Positions 37,875-52,400 of a stretch of 64,000 nucleotides of DNA are shown here, in pieces. Positions within the stretch are counted from its first letter, which is position 1. Each line of letters begins with the position of its first letter. The position numbers were made by a program, and so were the translations under genes. Origin of the DNA: Lytechinus pictus (Eukaryota); NCBI RefSeq assembly GCF_037042905.1, contig NC_087250.1, positions 26,042,001-26,106,000 of the forward strand. Reading direction: 5' to 3'. The notes beneath the pieces are model-generated. The model was not told the origin of the DNA. It did not search any database and saw only the letters and a program-made list of their open reading frames with translations.

Positions 37875-39276
37875 GTAAGCATTATAAAATTTATTTTGAA
37901 TAAAGAGAAAGAGTGTAGCTGTCTTCTGTTTGCCTGTTCGTACTTCAATAACCTGCGTGGCTTTTTGGTCGGTACATAGTGCATAGCCGTCTGCATTATA
38001 GCTAGTCGTTATGAGCTACAAGATCAGTGCACCGTATCACAAGGGGTTACAATAAATGAACATAAGACATTCATTGCCTTCTGAGCTCCGCCTTACAAGA
38101 AATAGCAATTGATCCGATCAACAACTATGGAAAGCCAGCAATGTTAACATACAAAATGCAGTTTTATTCAAAATGTTTCCTGAATATGATGTTCTACAGG
38201 CGTAATGAGAAAAAAAAAGCTAGCGGCCCAGATATGTCTCATCCGGTAAAATTTATTAAATGTAGCGAGCGAGAAAATGAATCCACAATTTTATTTTAAT
38301 TGATATGATTTTAATGTATCTTTAACAGGCCTATATAACCCCACATCGCATCATGCATTGGCTGTTCTCGGATTGAAAGGGAAATTCGCCCGGAAGAACA
38401 GTTCGTTTTAGATTTAAAAAAATGATTACAAATAATAGTGAAGGTTGGGGGAAAATTATTTAACCTTGGAAATTCCAAAGTTTGATTTTGTGACGTCATA
38501 AACGAGCAGGAGCCCCATATGCTATGTTATATGAAATAAATAATTTCAATTAAATGGTAATAATGAATTATGTTTTTGGTTTTCTTCTTAGGAACGGTCT
38601 AAAATGAGTTGTTTGTTGATATTCTAAGGGTACAGTAAAAGTATTTGTTCAATTTTCTGAGAAAATGGCATTTAATTTATTTTTTGGCCATACGATGTGT
38701 AGCCAGGCAGCTCGCATATGACGTCACAAATCATATAATTGAAATTTTAATAACTATTTACTCTTTGATGGATTTTTCTCTAACCTTCAGTAACCTTTTT
38801 TTTATCATTATTAATCTTGTGTTAGTTTTTACAATAAACTTTTGTCTTGGTGAACCTCCCTTTCAACTATGCCGGGGATTAAAAATTTTAGTGATAAATT
38901 TTAAATAAAATGGTGAAAAAAACATTCTTATTTTGTACCATTACTTTATTTCAAACATTCTATTAAGGGTTATAAAAAGTTTTCTAATAGGATTGACTAA
39001 AATAAAAAAAACCTTTAAACCAGCAAACGGAGGTCTCGACATAAAATCCCCCTCAAAGAAAAATATAATAAAAAAAATCAGCAGACATGCAAAACAAAAA
39101 TGTTTATTGATCGTAACTATTCTCAATTTAATATCATTGCAAGTCTGTCCTAACTCGCTGCATATCATATAGAGAGGGAGAAAGAGAGGGGGTGGGGGAA
39201 CTTATTGGTCAACTCAATATGAAAGTTTTCAAAGTTCAATTCTATTTCTTTTTTAACACGTAGAATTTCACCAGGA

Positions 39277-41217
39277 ATGCTAACTAAAATGGCCACCAAC
39301 GACAAAGACGTCCGACTTCAGGTACTTTTTTGTCCACTCTGTCTCGAAAATTTCAAGAAGGCAACCCTCCTCAACTGTGGCCATACATTTTGCATAAACT
39401 GCTTGGAGGTGTACGATGACAATAATCGCCATCTTGACCACATGGTATGTCCTGTATGCAAGGAGTGTACTAATCTTGGGGTCGAGCGGGTTGCAGAACT
39501 CGCTCCTAACTACCTGGCCAGGAATCTGGAGGAAGATTTGCACTTGTTGACAGAGACTCTCTCGCCGAACGTTTGCTTAGAACACGGTAGGATTTTCAGG
39601 GATATCTTCTGTGAAGATTGTCAGGAATTTGTTTGCCTCTATTGCTTCATGGACTGCCATCAGGGACATGCCATCAACAAGAAAGAGGAGTTAGATAGAG
39701 AATTTGAAGACAGGGAAAGGGCTCTTGTTCGTCAAAGCGATACCAGGAAGTCCCAGATGGAAAAGGCCATCAATAGTACTGAACAACACAACAACAAAAT
39801 ATCTTCTCATCTGAACGCTTTGAAATCACAGATTAGGGACCAGTTTGAACAAAAGAGAGCCATACTCCTGAAGAATGAAACATTGCTCTTGGACACTGTA
39901 AATGAACATAGATCAGCATTAAACAAGGCATGTGATAACTGGGTTGATCACAACAAGCGGCTAATAGACAAGATAAACAGCTCGTTGTCGGTGATACGAC
40001 GTAAAGCGACTCGCTTTGTTGATTTAAGCACCCTTGAAGCCCATAACCTACTTTGTGGTAACCTAGAGAACCTACTAGCAGAAAGTGTTGAAGGAACATC
40101 TTTGAGTGATGTTGGTCAAGAGATCAGGAGAATACATTTTTGTCCAGCAGATGACAAACTTCTCGAGCTTGGTCATCTGGTTTTCAGGGAAGTCAGTTAC
40201 TCAGCTAGTAAGGTCCACGCTGAAAATCAGTGTAGTGAAGAAGACGATAGTACCTCCTCAAAAGAATGTAATCAAGAAGATGAAAGTAGCACCTCAACTG
40301 TTATTGAATCTGAAGCTCCTGCAGAATGTAGCATCGAAAGTCGCGGCAATGCCATCGCTAACGGGGAATCAAGTGATGCCCAAGCGGTTGTACTGCCCGT
40401 ACAAGCCCAGATAAGAACCTACACACTGAGTATTGCAAGAAAGATAGATTTAGCAGGGTACATGCGAGGCATTGCTGCCCTTTCCCCTGATTCTGTCGTG
40501 GTCGGTTATGGATTGAACCGAAACGGTGCAGATCGTTTTTCGGTGTCTGGAGAAAAGAAACAATATTTGAAGGGTAAAGTCGGGCAGGTCTGGGACATTG
40601 CCTTCTTAGGCGATGAGAGGTCCGTCGTTTCGCATGGTGCTCAAGCTTGTAAGGTGTACGACGTCAACAATACATTCACCGGTCTTCAATATACCCGCAA
40701 GGAAGGCAACAACTACTTCAGCTTATGCAGTGACCGCAACGGGAAGATCTACGCAGTCAATAACAATCCGGAGATCTACATCTTCGAAGGCACAACTGCT
40801 AACCCTCAGCAAATCGTGTCGACGGGGAACATTAAGCCAGAACACATCTGTATCACCAGATCAGGGTGGATGATCACTACCACGTGTTGCATCACACCAA
40901 GTCGGATCAACCTCTACGATAGGCAAGGCCATGTTGGTATCTCGCTTACTGCAAGTGATAACCATGAATATCTGTATGCTGCTGTGGATAGCGAGGAGAG
41001 GGTACTGGTGGCGAGAGTTCGTGAGAGATCGACCGCGTTCAAGCTGGCGCTGTACAGAATCCAAGAAACAAGACTCGTAGAGGAAAAGGCGTTTGCTCCA
41101 ATCAAACTCCCGCGACAAATCAAATGCAAATGGTGTTACATGGTAAGTCTCACACCAAACATGCTCGCGTTTGCCACGTTGGATCATCACTTGTATTTTA
41201 TTGAGCTTCTGATGTAG
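39277..41217 (+). CDS. Tripartite-motif (TRIM) E3 ubiquitin ligase-like protein: RING, B-box2, coiled coil, acidic linker, NHL-like beta-propeller
   Basis: Intact 646-aa ORF. C3HC4 RING (CPLC..CGHTFCINC..CPVC) and B-box (CLEH..FCEDCQEFVCLYC..HQGH). Helical region follows, then C-terminal propeller-type repeats (MRGIAALSPDSVVV, VWDIAFLGD, KPEHICITRSGWMI). Confidence 0.92.
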   Translation: MLTKMATNDKDVRLQVLFCPLCLENFKKATLLNCGHTFCINCLEVYDDNNRHLDHMVCPVCKECTNLGVERVAELAPNYLARNLEEDLHLLTETLSPNVCLEHGRIFRDIFCEDCQEFVCLYCFMDCHQGHAINKKEELDREFEDRERALVRQSDTRKSQMEKAINSTEQHNNKISSHLNALKSQIRDQFEQKRAILLKNETLLLDTVNEHRSALNKACDNWVDHNKRLIDKINSSLSVIRRKATRFVDLSTLEAHNLLCGNLENLLAESVEGTSLSDVGQEIRRIHFCPADDKLLELGHLVFREVSYSASKVHAENQCSEEDDSTSSKECNQEDESSTSTVIESEAPAECSIESRGNAIANGESSDAQAVVLPVQAQIRTYTLSIARKIDLAGYMRGIAALSPDSVVVGYGLNRNGADRFSVSGEKKQYLKGKVGQVWDIAFLGDERSVVSHGAQACKVYDVNNTFTGLQYTRKEGNNYFSLCSDRNGKIYAVNNNPEIYIFEGTTANPQQIVSTGNIKPEHICITRSGWMITTTCCITPSRINLYDRQGHVGISLTASDNHEYLYAAVDSEERVLVARVRERSTAFKLALYRIQETRLVEEKAFAPIKLPRQIKCKWCYMVSLTPNMLAFATLDHHLYFIELLM

Positions 41218-43724
41218 TTGAGCTCTCTTCATGCTTGGACTTTATATGGATGAAAGCTTGTTAATCTTCATAGATAAGTATAATCTAAATTATGCGCAAG
41301 ACGAAGAAGGATTTGTGAAGCGCTGACTTTATTTCTCAAAATCTTGGAAGGAATTAATTATAAAGGGCTTTGGGAATTCGGATTTTTGTATCGGAAGTTT
41401 GCATAAATCTTGAGGTGAATCGGGTTAACATTGCTTGTGCTTTCGCAACCGTCTACCCACAAAGCCAACAGTAGATTGACAGGAAAGCTTATCTTTAAAA
41501 TTATTTGATCCTGAAATAATACAAATTAGGATATATATCATAGCTGGAGGAACAATTATACTTCTTCATACTTATTAAGGATTTTAAGTATTACATTTAA
41601 TACGGTAAAAAAAATCATGGCCATTTTTTTCAGACTACTTGGAAGTTTTACCAAGATCTCAGATGTACAATTTTATGCTCGAGTGAACCCAGCACGCCTA
41701 ACCACTTTTTGACGTTCTTCGAAACTCTCACTGAATTCTATCTACATTTCGATGATGTACTTGTGAGGCTAATTATTGACCAATTAAAATTTTTATGATT
41801 TTGAAGCACGCGATTTGCTTTTTTAAACCCAATACACACGGTACGAGTCTCAATATTCTCCTTGTGCGTTTAATTGTTGGTTTTGGGGTGGTGGGTAAAT
41901 CATGACGAGTGGGAGCTTATATACTGTAGATGAGACTGTTACCAAAAAAATATTGCAAGTCTTCTCGTAATGAGAGCCCTCATCTAAAACACGTTAGCGT
42001 CACAAATTTAGTCATTTTTTCAGATCCTCTTTTAACGGTTAGGAAAGCGTTTGGGACGGATCTGAATTGTTAGTCAGTCATTTATCGTCATGTGTATCAA
42101 TGCATAACAACACATAAATGCGATAACTTAGCTGGCAATTTATTTTATTCAGTCGAACTAAGCCCAAACTGCATTTCACACATGCAATCATACACCTCGA
42201 TTTCCAACTCGTTTCCCCCTCTTGCATGTCTATATCTGTTTCTCTCACTTCCTTTATTTGACCTCTCCTCCACCACCCCCCCCCCTCTCTCTCTCTCTCT
42301 GTCTATACAACCCAGTCACCCAATAGTATGAGAGAAAATTACTTTAAGATTAGACACTTGCCAAGAAATTCAACAGGTAAAGTAATAAATAAATATCTTA
42401 ATATGAATGCTTGTTTACAAACGGATTGGAAAACATGTTTTGTATCTCTTGTCTAAAACGATATGTTCAATAATATTCGATATTTAAGACATATATTTCA
42501 TCCTGATGGAACAAGAGTTTGAACTTTACAACGAGAGGAAAATACACTAGCTCGATTACAATCGGATGATATTGTACAAACGTTTCCGCAACTTAGTAAA
42601 ATCTGGAGTTACCCTTTTATGGGGTTCTCTGAAATAATTAGATAGACAGGTGGGGTGTTTATATTGCTTGTTTATTTATTTATTTGAATTCTAAGAGCAT
42701 GGAGCTGTGAAAGTATGATATCGATAACCCATGGTTTAAAAATATTAGTTCATTAAGAAAATAAATGTTTACCATGTTTACATGCATGCCATATGTATAT
42801 TACTATTACAAAAGGCATATGGTTAATTGAGCAATTCCATCTAATATTACGAATTATTTTACTTCAATTTGCCTGGAGCTAACAGGATAAGTGATGTTAA
42901 ATCAGACATAAATTTTGGAATACCCAATTGTTTACACAAAATGTACAAAATGATACATTCATATCTTTTGGACCAAATCTACCTTACAACAAAATTGGAG
43001 TCACATTCGAATACTATCACAATCATGCATAAACATTAGTCTAAATATAAATGATACAACATCACGCCCCTCTATATACTAGAATATAGTGTTAAAGTGA
43101 AAACACTCAATGTGAATGGATAGGCATAGTTCTTTGTATTGTTGGTTGGTCTGTTTGCTTTAGAGATGATGGCGCTATTCCATCGACGTGATCGATATCT
43201 ACAGTGATATACGCCAGGCTACGTGATTTCACCCTCCCCTGTACAGCTCTCATCATTCGATTCTGCTATTTAATTGCACTCTGTGTTATAGATAAATTCA
43301 CCTGGAAAAGGCGTAGTGCAATACTTAAATGATTCACCGTTTTCTTGTGATAACATTGGTTGCTAGTTTTGACAGGTAGTATACTTGTATTTGCCCTTTT
43401 CCCTTCATTGACCAGAGTGACAGTAATTTTGTTGTAATTATGTGCCTTTCGAATTCAAGCGCTCCTTACTTAAATTATATTCTCCATATCTTCGATTGAA
43501 CACCTGAGTAAAAAAGGCCAAAGTCTAAGAGAAGTCATTTCGAGAAAATCGGAAAAAGATGATATATTTTTTTTTATTTGGGTAATTGAAGCCAAAATAA
43601 GTCAGAGAACATCATTAAACAAATATAAGTGTATTTTCTATGAACATTAATATTCACGTTACTTGTGGGCGGGGGCCTTTTGTCTGTTGGACTTGGGTCG
43701 TTTATATAATCATATGGACTTGGG

Positions 43725-43785
43725 CAGTGGCGTACCTAGGATTTTCCACAGGGGGGGGCAAAACCGTCCGCCCAAAAATTTGACA

Positions 43786-43816
<31 letters not shown>

Positions 43817-43863
43817 GGTCTTCGATCACAAATAAAGGATTTCGTTCCAGAAAAAATTTGACA

Positions 43864-43902
<39 letters not shown>

Positions 43903-44065
43903 TCAAGCTCGTCAAGGGGCATTAGAGGACTTAAAGCTCGTCAGGGGGGGCAAAAAAGGTTTTTCAAGCCCGTCAGGGGGGGCAAAGATACGTTTTTGCA
44001 TGGGTTGTGACTCGTCAGGGGGGGCAGAGTGCCCCCCCTGCCCCCCCCCCCTAGGTACGCTAGTG
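43725..44065. mobile_element. hAT-family MITE
   Basis: 8-bp TSD GACTTGGG on both sides; TIR CAGTGGCGTACCTAGG / CCTAGGTACGCTAGTG. Confidence 0.85.
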
Positions 44066-45005
44066 GACTTGGGTCATTCTTATATTCATATACATGGTAG
44101 ACTTATGTAGTTAGTACAAGAAATGAGAGAGGGCGCTATGATATAAATGTAAGAAAAACCCAAGTCCTAGACTTGGGCTTTTCTTACACTCATACCAGAT
44201 ATTCCTACTTTATTTAAGGCATTACTGAGATGATTTCAGATTTATCATTTAAACACAACATGAGTCATTGTATAAGGAACAATTTCCCATATTAAACTCA
44301 ATTTCGCAAAAAAATAAATGGACTTGGGCCGTTTTATATTCAAATACTCAATTAAAAAGAAGAAAGAAGTAAATCATGGTATTTGCAAGAATACCTCCAT
44401 GGAATCTCCAGAAATATATTTGTTTTATTTACATAATTACATATCATACTACAAGGTATGTATATGCATTACTTGTCCAATATATAGCTAGGCCTGAAAA
44501 TAAATTCATATGACTACAAATTAATGTAAGTAGCCAGCCGGAGGCAGTAGCGTCAATTTAATGTAACGCGTTGACCGGCGGAATCACGTAATTAGTTCTT
44601 CGCGCGTTGAAATCAACCAAGTATGTACGTTATTACACGCAAATCACATAACCCGTTGTTTATTTAGGGCGGCTACTGTCGGGTACGCCCAAAAGGCGGC
44701 AAACACTCTCTTCCTTTTTAGCATTGACGAGCTTCAAGTGTTTATTCCGATCAAGTTTACTTTTTGGACCGGTGGCAGACAAACTCTTTAATCCCCCTCC
44801 CCCCCCCCCCCCAAAAAAAAAAAAAAAAAAATCCCCAAGAATCGGGGGAAGGGAAACTCCCCCTTGAACATTGAGGCGGACACCCACCCCCCGTGATCGC
44901 CGCCTACGGCAGGGCGTGTGATAATCAATGTGTTAAGACGTTTTTTATAGGCGTGATACTTCTATGGTTGCTAAAATGATATCATTGAGCTATGTTTTTC
45001 CCTTC

Positions 45006-45146
45006 CTAGATGGCATTCATGGCATCTGTGGTTGGTCCAGCATGTCCATTAATGGATTCGTTGTCTTGATCATCAACATGATCCAACTCATCTTTCTTGG
45101 TGTAGACCTTTCTCATTTCTTCCTGAACGACTGGTAATTTATCATC
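45006..45146 (-). CDS. SLC5A8-like terminal coding exon
   Basis: DDKLPVVQEE...TTDAMNAI*; acceptor CGCAG, in phase with the previous exon. Confidence 0.75.
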   Translation of the reverse strand, partial: DDKLPVVQEEMRKVYTKKDELDHVDDQDNESINGHAGPTTDAMNAI

Positions 45147-48100
45147 CTGCGTATGGAAATAGAGATACCACATTCCTTTTAAATGGCAAAAGTGACAAAG
45201 AGCATTTGACTTCGTTAAGAGGAAGGGGAGTGGCAGAAGTGACCATTTTATTCATGTAATTGCAGGATGTCGTCCCTAAGGTAACTTTATACAACACACA
45301 CATATTATGTTAATATGGGTATCCTTAAAAGGCGACCGCACACCTTACGATTGGTCTGCGACCCGATTTCAGAATAAAATGTAGTAGAATTTGATGTTAA
45401 TATTGAGACTTGGAATATCTTACTGTGTAACGTTTTAAATCATTGTACGAATTCCTATGTTCAAATCTGTGACTATACTATCATCCTTCTTAAAAATAAA
45501 AGCGAGTTTAATATATAGTCGTAATGACGTCATAGCACACGTACGATTGGCTACGATTTGAAACTAATTTGGCCTTTACTCCAAAATGAAGGCTTGCAAT
45601 CTTTTGAAATGGTCATATTAGTAGGCCCTATTCTTTCAATTAATTTAAACCTCAAATAAAATTAAATGGTCCATTCACAAAATCGGATCGCGAACAGTCG
45701 TAAGGTGTGCGGTGGCCTTAAGAGCTGATTCCATGACTGTGCGTCACGTGATATTCAGAGGAATCAGCTGTAGCAAGCCAACACATCAACCATGCAATAG
45801 ACAGACTCGAGTTAAAGAGTCAGCGGTGCAGTAGATCCCAATCTCAATGGCGATACCTGCCCACACGCCAACGTGAATATGCAGCCACCACATACAAACA
45901 CCCCCCCTAACCTTCAAATCCACACAAGATATCAGCGTGAAGTTATACCCTTGTGCAAAAATAGTGCAAATGGAAAAAAAATGAAGAACTGAAGAAAAAA
46001 TAAATCATACCTCTTCATAGTTAATCTCGTCAATACCACACCGCATGCGCTGTTTGAGACTTCCGGGGAAACAACAGAAGAGGGCGTCTGTCAAGTGATT
46101 CTTCAGGCGATTATCAATCAAATCAGGATCTTGGAAACCTTCCGACATGCCAAAGATTAAATTAATGTTAATTCAGTAAAATATCTGAACATGTAGGTTT
46201 TGAGTAATCGGAAATTCATTTGCACGTGGTTTACCATGTGGGTGTCGTGGTCTAGTGGTTACGACTCTTGTCTTTAATTGTGTTGGACGTTAGTTCGATT
46301 TCCAACCACGGCGTGCGTTCTTCAGCAGGGGCCGCGTAAGCGGGGGAGGGGGGAGGGGCTTCAGCCCCCCACTTTTTTCCAAAACCGTGTACAAAAACGT
46401 AGAAATGACCCTATGATTGTGATTTTTGCATGGTCAGCCCCCCCCCACTTTTGGCTCAGCCCCCCCCCCCACTTTGAAAACCGTTCCGCGGCCCCTGTTC
46501 AGAAAGAAATTTATCCACATTGTGCTGCAGTCAACCCAGGCGAGGTGAATGAGTATCCGATAGGAAGAAATTCCTTGAATGCTTGATCGCCTGTATGGCG
46601 GCTCTGCGACAGCCGTAGTAATCATGGTAATAATGATTATGATACCAAATGTAAAGCGCAGTAGCTTGATATAGTATATGCGCTTAACAAATGGTCCATA
46701 TTATAATAAATATCTTTATTCTTCTTATTAGTATTGTCTTTATTATTATTATTATTTCATTATTATTTTTACCTGTTAGATAACTGACGATCATTGCTGT
46801 GATTATACACACAATGCTTCCGATAAGTCCATAGTAAAGAAATGAAATATGATACAAGTTGGTAATTGCTGGCCTGGAAATAGAGAGAGAGAGGGATTGT
46901 CGAAAGAATTATTGTTTATTGAATATTACAAACGCAATGGACTTAAGCATGTACTCCGCCTAAGATAATACATTCATGGAGGGATGAGAGAAGACTTACT
47001 TTTAAAGAAAACAAAAGTCCCCAGTCAACATGCTTAAAAGATGCAAAAGGTGCTAAAGCGGGGAATTTCGTCGTTCATTGGACTAGGTTATAGTTTAACT
47101 CCCCCCCCCCCCACGTACAAGGATGTGTACACACACACACACAAACAGACAGTTCTCATACCGGAATTTACTAATGCATAACACATACAGTGACACCTGT
47201 CTTTAGTGACCACCAGAGGAAAACACAAAATGAGGCCTTTATAGCAAGGTGGCTGCTATAGACAGGTTCGTACACACACAATCTGCCTCCATGGAATCAG
47301 TTTTAGTGGTCACTATAGGCAGGTGGCCACTTACACAAGTTTGACTGTACATTAGTGAAAATTGCATTAAAAAACAAATGAGATGCATTAGTCACAACTC
47401 CTTTGGAAGACTTAAAAAAAACAGGAGTTAAAACTCGCCGTACTTACAATTCCTCAGAGATGGTTTCCTGGGTTGAGCCTGGGAGTGTTGCCGTAGTCCA
47501 TTCTGTGGTTGGGATGGTGTAGGTCGTGTATGTGCCATTGGGTACTGGACAACCTTCAACCGATAAAGGCAGTTGCCCCCTTGATGAGGGGTATATGATT
47601 GATCCTACCTTGATCCAGACCATGACAATGAAACTGGCTACGAACCCAGCAACAGCCCCCTGGAAATACGTAAAATAAGTAATGGTTCTTCTCTTAGTTC
47701 TTTTAAACCTGGTTATCGGTGGAGCATAGGATCAGTCATAATGGTTATAGTCGCGTGCATTTGAGTGTTCGAAAGTCCACACACACATCTTCAACACAGG
47801 GAACAGTCGTTTCCATGAACGTAATATTGCAGATATCCGGTTATGTCTTTATAACTGATAATAATCTCACACCAGATTGATAATAGTGTGAAAATTTTTA
47901 TCCAGTTCCATTAATTTGATGTAAATATTATTACAATTAATTCACTTGTTACGTCTCGCTGTTCATTTGAAAGTGTCAATGTTCACAACTCTTGCTATGG
48001 CAAACGGTCTGAAATCACCCATATTTTCGAGACGCTGGCACCTTTGTTTTCCCACTGGAATATCCCTAAGGGTAAAAAAGGTCGAGATTGATTGTCATCT

Positions 48101-49444
48101 CAATGCTAAATATATTACCTACAGTTTGATGTTTGATACTTTATGACTGGTATAATGGTTACATCTCATTTTTCTCCCAAACTTTGAGATCGAGCAGCCA
48201 GAACATGGCATATTTCTGTGTACAACGTCACGTGACTAACGTATTGGGAATTTTAGGCTAGCATCGTCTGCTACGTAAACCAAATTAGCGAACATGACCG
48301 AAACTAACCATTATGAAAAAAAAAACACGTGGCCCCTAAAAAATTAAAGGGGGTCAAATAAGATTAAATAACAACTTTAATTACTCGTTCGATCAAAATA
48401 AAATATCACTTGACATGCCCACGACCTATGAACAGAGCCTGCTGACATCAGGGGGGGGGGGGTCATGAAAGGTGAAGTTGTCTTCCTCCGACCATAGCGA
48501 CAGCCAGAGCTTCTGAGCCAATCCAAACTAAGAATTTCACAAAAATTGTCAGCGATGACCTTTTAATCAGTGCTGAAAACTTTCGTTTTTGAAGTACCAG
48601 TAAGTTGTTCTCAGCACAACTCTATACAACTTGCAAGCTTTCGATTCTCATCGATCAATGTAAAAATAAACCAAAAAAAAAATAGATCGGATATGGTTGA
48701 AATGTTAAGGGGTTACTAACTCTGGAACCGACGACAAAAGCTCCCACCAAAAGTAACTTCACAGCGCATCCTAAAAACAGTTGTCGCTTTAATTTTTTAT
48801 CACTTTGTATTGGCTAAAACAAGGAAGGGGAATCCCAAGAAAATAATTTATTTCAACAGAAAAATGTAGCTTATACGAACCTTTGAATTACAACGATGTA
48901 CGAATACAGCTAAGATAAAGACACCTAGGAACCCGCCAGAGATCACCCCGACAACGCTGACGGTAAACTGAAAAAAAAAAAACACAGACACAAACAAATT
49001 CCATGCTTATGGCGGGCGTACGACGGATGTAAATACCTGAATTCGAGAAATGTTATGCGGCGGCCGCAATGTCGACGTACGGCGGATTCATTTTTTACAG
49101 GCCGTAGGGGTGGCAGAAAAATTATAACGCGGAGTTCTAACATTTCTTTTATATTTCTATGCTTGCCGTAGTAATTAGACCCAGGGGCGGATCCAGCTTT
49201 TTATAAAGGGGGGGGGTTGGGGTGGTATGCGAGGGAGCGTAGCGACCGAGTCCAAGCGAGCGGAGCGAGCGAGGGGGGAGGGTGTGGGAGGGGGGTGTCC
49301 CCCCTCCCACAGTAGGGAAAATTTTTGAAAATTGTCACTTCGGCGGTGGCCCGTGTCCTAAAAAAAGCTGATGGGGGGGGGGGGGGGGCCAAGGGACTCT
49401 GTGACATTTGTTCGCCCAACCCCCCCCCCCCTCCCCCAAAAAGA

Positions 49445-49481
<37 letters not shown>

Positions 49482-52400
49482 GAAATAAATACATAGAAAT
49501 AGAATAAAATAAAATTACAAGTTTAAAAAAAAAGATAAGATTTTAAAAAATTGTCCCCGGATTTTTTTTTTGGGGGGGGGGTTGCAACCCCCCCAACCCC
49601 CCCTCTAGATCCGCTTCTGATGACCAGCCGTAGCCATGGCGTAGAACAGATCACGGTGGCAGTCCGTCGAGCGCACGGTGACCATTCGGCTGCCCAGGGG
49701 AGTGTTTCATCAAGATTTTTGTCCGAAAAGTCGTCAGATCTGACAACTTTCCTTGATTCTGATTGGCTGTGAGGAAGTTTTACTATGGTAACTGTCGTAT
49801 AAAATAAGATTTGTCGGATAAAACGTCTGACAAGTCCTTCATGAAACAGTCCCCTGGACTTGAATGGTGTACTACTTCCCTCCTTGTTTTTATCAATAAT
49901 AATTCATGGATGAATCAGAGTGAATAGATTCGAATTACCCTAATCAAGTAAAATACATGAATATCATGTTTAGATATTCTCTAACCCATTTGTAGGTGAC
50001 TGTAAAACAGTACATCCATTTATTTTGTGCATTATAACTCCCTATGAAATCTTTTACTGCAATTTCACAAGAAAATATGGTAAAATAAACTTTAAAAAAC
50101 CCATAAAAATCTCACTTCACTCTGAGAGTAGTCCACGTCCTGGACGATTTTTATGAAACGCTATCGGACCGTATCCCCGCGCGCACACATAACCAACACA
50201 CACACGCCCTCCACTGATTCACTTACCCCCAGTGATTTACCTAACCCAGTGATTCACCTTACCCACTTATTCACTTTCCCGACTATTCAGGGTGTGTGTG
50301 TGTGTACATGTATGCGTGTTATGGGGATGTAGTGTGTTATGTGTTTGGTAGTCGTATCGTACCAGGTGGACTTCTCTGAGCTGAGAGGAGCTAGAGTGAT
50401 TTTGAAATTAGATTAGCTCTTTTGCATTAAGAGAGTACGTCGTAAATTTAAAGGTGTGGCCTATTGTATACGGTTTGTTTACTTTATCACGTCACGGTAC
50501 GCAATTACGTTTTGTGCACATTCGTAACCCCCCACCCTTTAATCAACGAAGTATTGGGTTATATGACCCAACTAATCGGTTAAATTCTACAAGCAAAATA
50601 AGAATCACAATCTAACGTTAACCAGATGAATGTAAATTGGCATTGAGAACAGACTAACACCTTCGCACGAGTCGGTATATTAGACACGTTAGATTAGATC
50701 ACGCATTTGTGTACGAAAGTACTCAAAACGTGATAGCACACCATGATGTGAAAATGTGAGTAGGCCTAAACGTTGCAAGCCTATTAGTACTTTCTCCAAA
50801 CCTGTAAGATTCCGGACTGCATGAAACGAATACAAAATGAAAACCCAATCGCCAACATGCCGTACACAAGAGCTGTAATACAAAAGAGAAAAAATATGTA
50901 TTTTAAAACTTTGTGTCTGGCTGTGCAAGAGTATTTAGCCAACAATTATTTAATGAGAAAGTCTTTAAAATCAATGTTTAAATGCCAACATATTTTCCCC
51001 TCTAAACGAGGGATTTATTTTAAGGGCTGTTTAATTCCTGGTTAGAATAATATGCACAGTATATCACTAATGAAAAAAATTGGCACGATATTCATAAGGA
51101 CAAGCAAATTTAATTTCTAATTGAGTTGGAAACTGCATTACCAGTGGTATTCCTTTTTTGCGCCTTTAATATATATCATCTTTATTCGCCAAATAATATA
51201 CATGTAACATATATGTGACACTTCAAAAAAAAAAAGAGAAAAAAAATTGTACACAATAAATCACAATTAATGAAATATAGGGAGAAAAGAAAGATTAAAT
51301 TGAAGCTAAGAAATACATAGGAATTCAATCAACTGACCCACTTCTTCCCTTGTTAACGTGTTGCAGATTCTTTCCTGATTTCTTACTGCTATCAGTTCTT
51401 TCAGAACATTCACATCCAGTTCTCTACAAGCCGGGACATCACAGTCCTTACTCTTATTACATTTACTGAGAAAATATTGCACCTCATTTAAATTATCACA
51501 AAAAGTTGAAAAAGGGTTCCTTTTGGCATATTTCAAAACCATTCTTTTGAATCTCGCTCCAGTCTTCACAATTATGTTATTCAACTTTTGAAATCTATAT
51601 CTTAAAGCATTCTCAAGAGGTTGACAATCAGACAGTAAAGCTACCAGATCACAATGAGTCATATTATTAATTCTCCAAAATTTTCTCAGAGCCTTCCTCC
51701 AACAGGTGCATTTGTTCAATACAGCTTTACTTCTTAATTGCCACAAGCATGCTCCACAGAAACTACAACAATATTGTTTGAATTATAAACACTGCACTGA
51801 TTATTTAATATGACCAAAATCAGATCTGAGAATATTGAAACTTTTCCAGAATTTAGCAGTAGCTGATGAAACCAAGCTATTCTTGTCAAAAGTTGAAATA
51901 TGGTGACCTAAGTGAACCCCACTATTGATATTTGACACATTAGTATCATTAATAACAACAGAATATTCCCTTGAATTGTTGTCGCCACCAGTTGGAAAGA
52001 CAAGAAATTGACTTTTAGATCCATTTAAAGTATTATCAAAATCTGTGGCAAAGTTCTCACATATTTTTATCATGGTTTGTAAGCCTTTCTTTGTTGGTGA
52101 CATAAGAGGTGATATCATCAGCATATGCTAAGTATCCCGCAAAATAATTACCAATTCTACAACCAATTATTCCCCAAATTGGCCTTTTTTGTATACAAAA
52201 ATAAAGTTTACCTTTTCTGTTCATTACTTGTTTTCCTTTCTTTCTTTGCGCCCCCTTTTCCCTTTTTGCGCTCCCATGAAACTGGCGGGGCACGTGCCCC
52301 TCCCTAGATACGCCACTGCTCCTCACATAAGAAAAGTACTGTTTGTTCATATCACATTCAATAAAAGCGTGTACAACGTTGTCTTTAAACATGACAGTGC

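Noticed and set aside
39280..41232. Antisense and alternative-frame ORFs over the TRIM CDS
   Set aside because: Shadow ORFs of a real coding region; no domains.
48040..48771. Exon-like hydrophobic stretches (GCAVKLLLVGAFVVGSR at 48720-48771; LGIFQWENK at ~48045) as SLC5 exons
   Set aside because: Better exons of canonical size and phase were found at 50802-50872 and 48881-48967; these candidates are out of order or contain stops.
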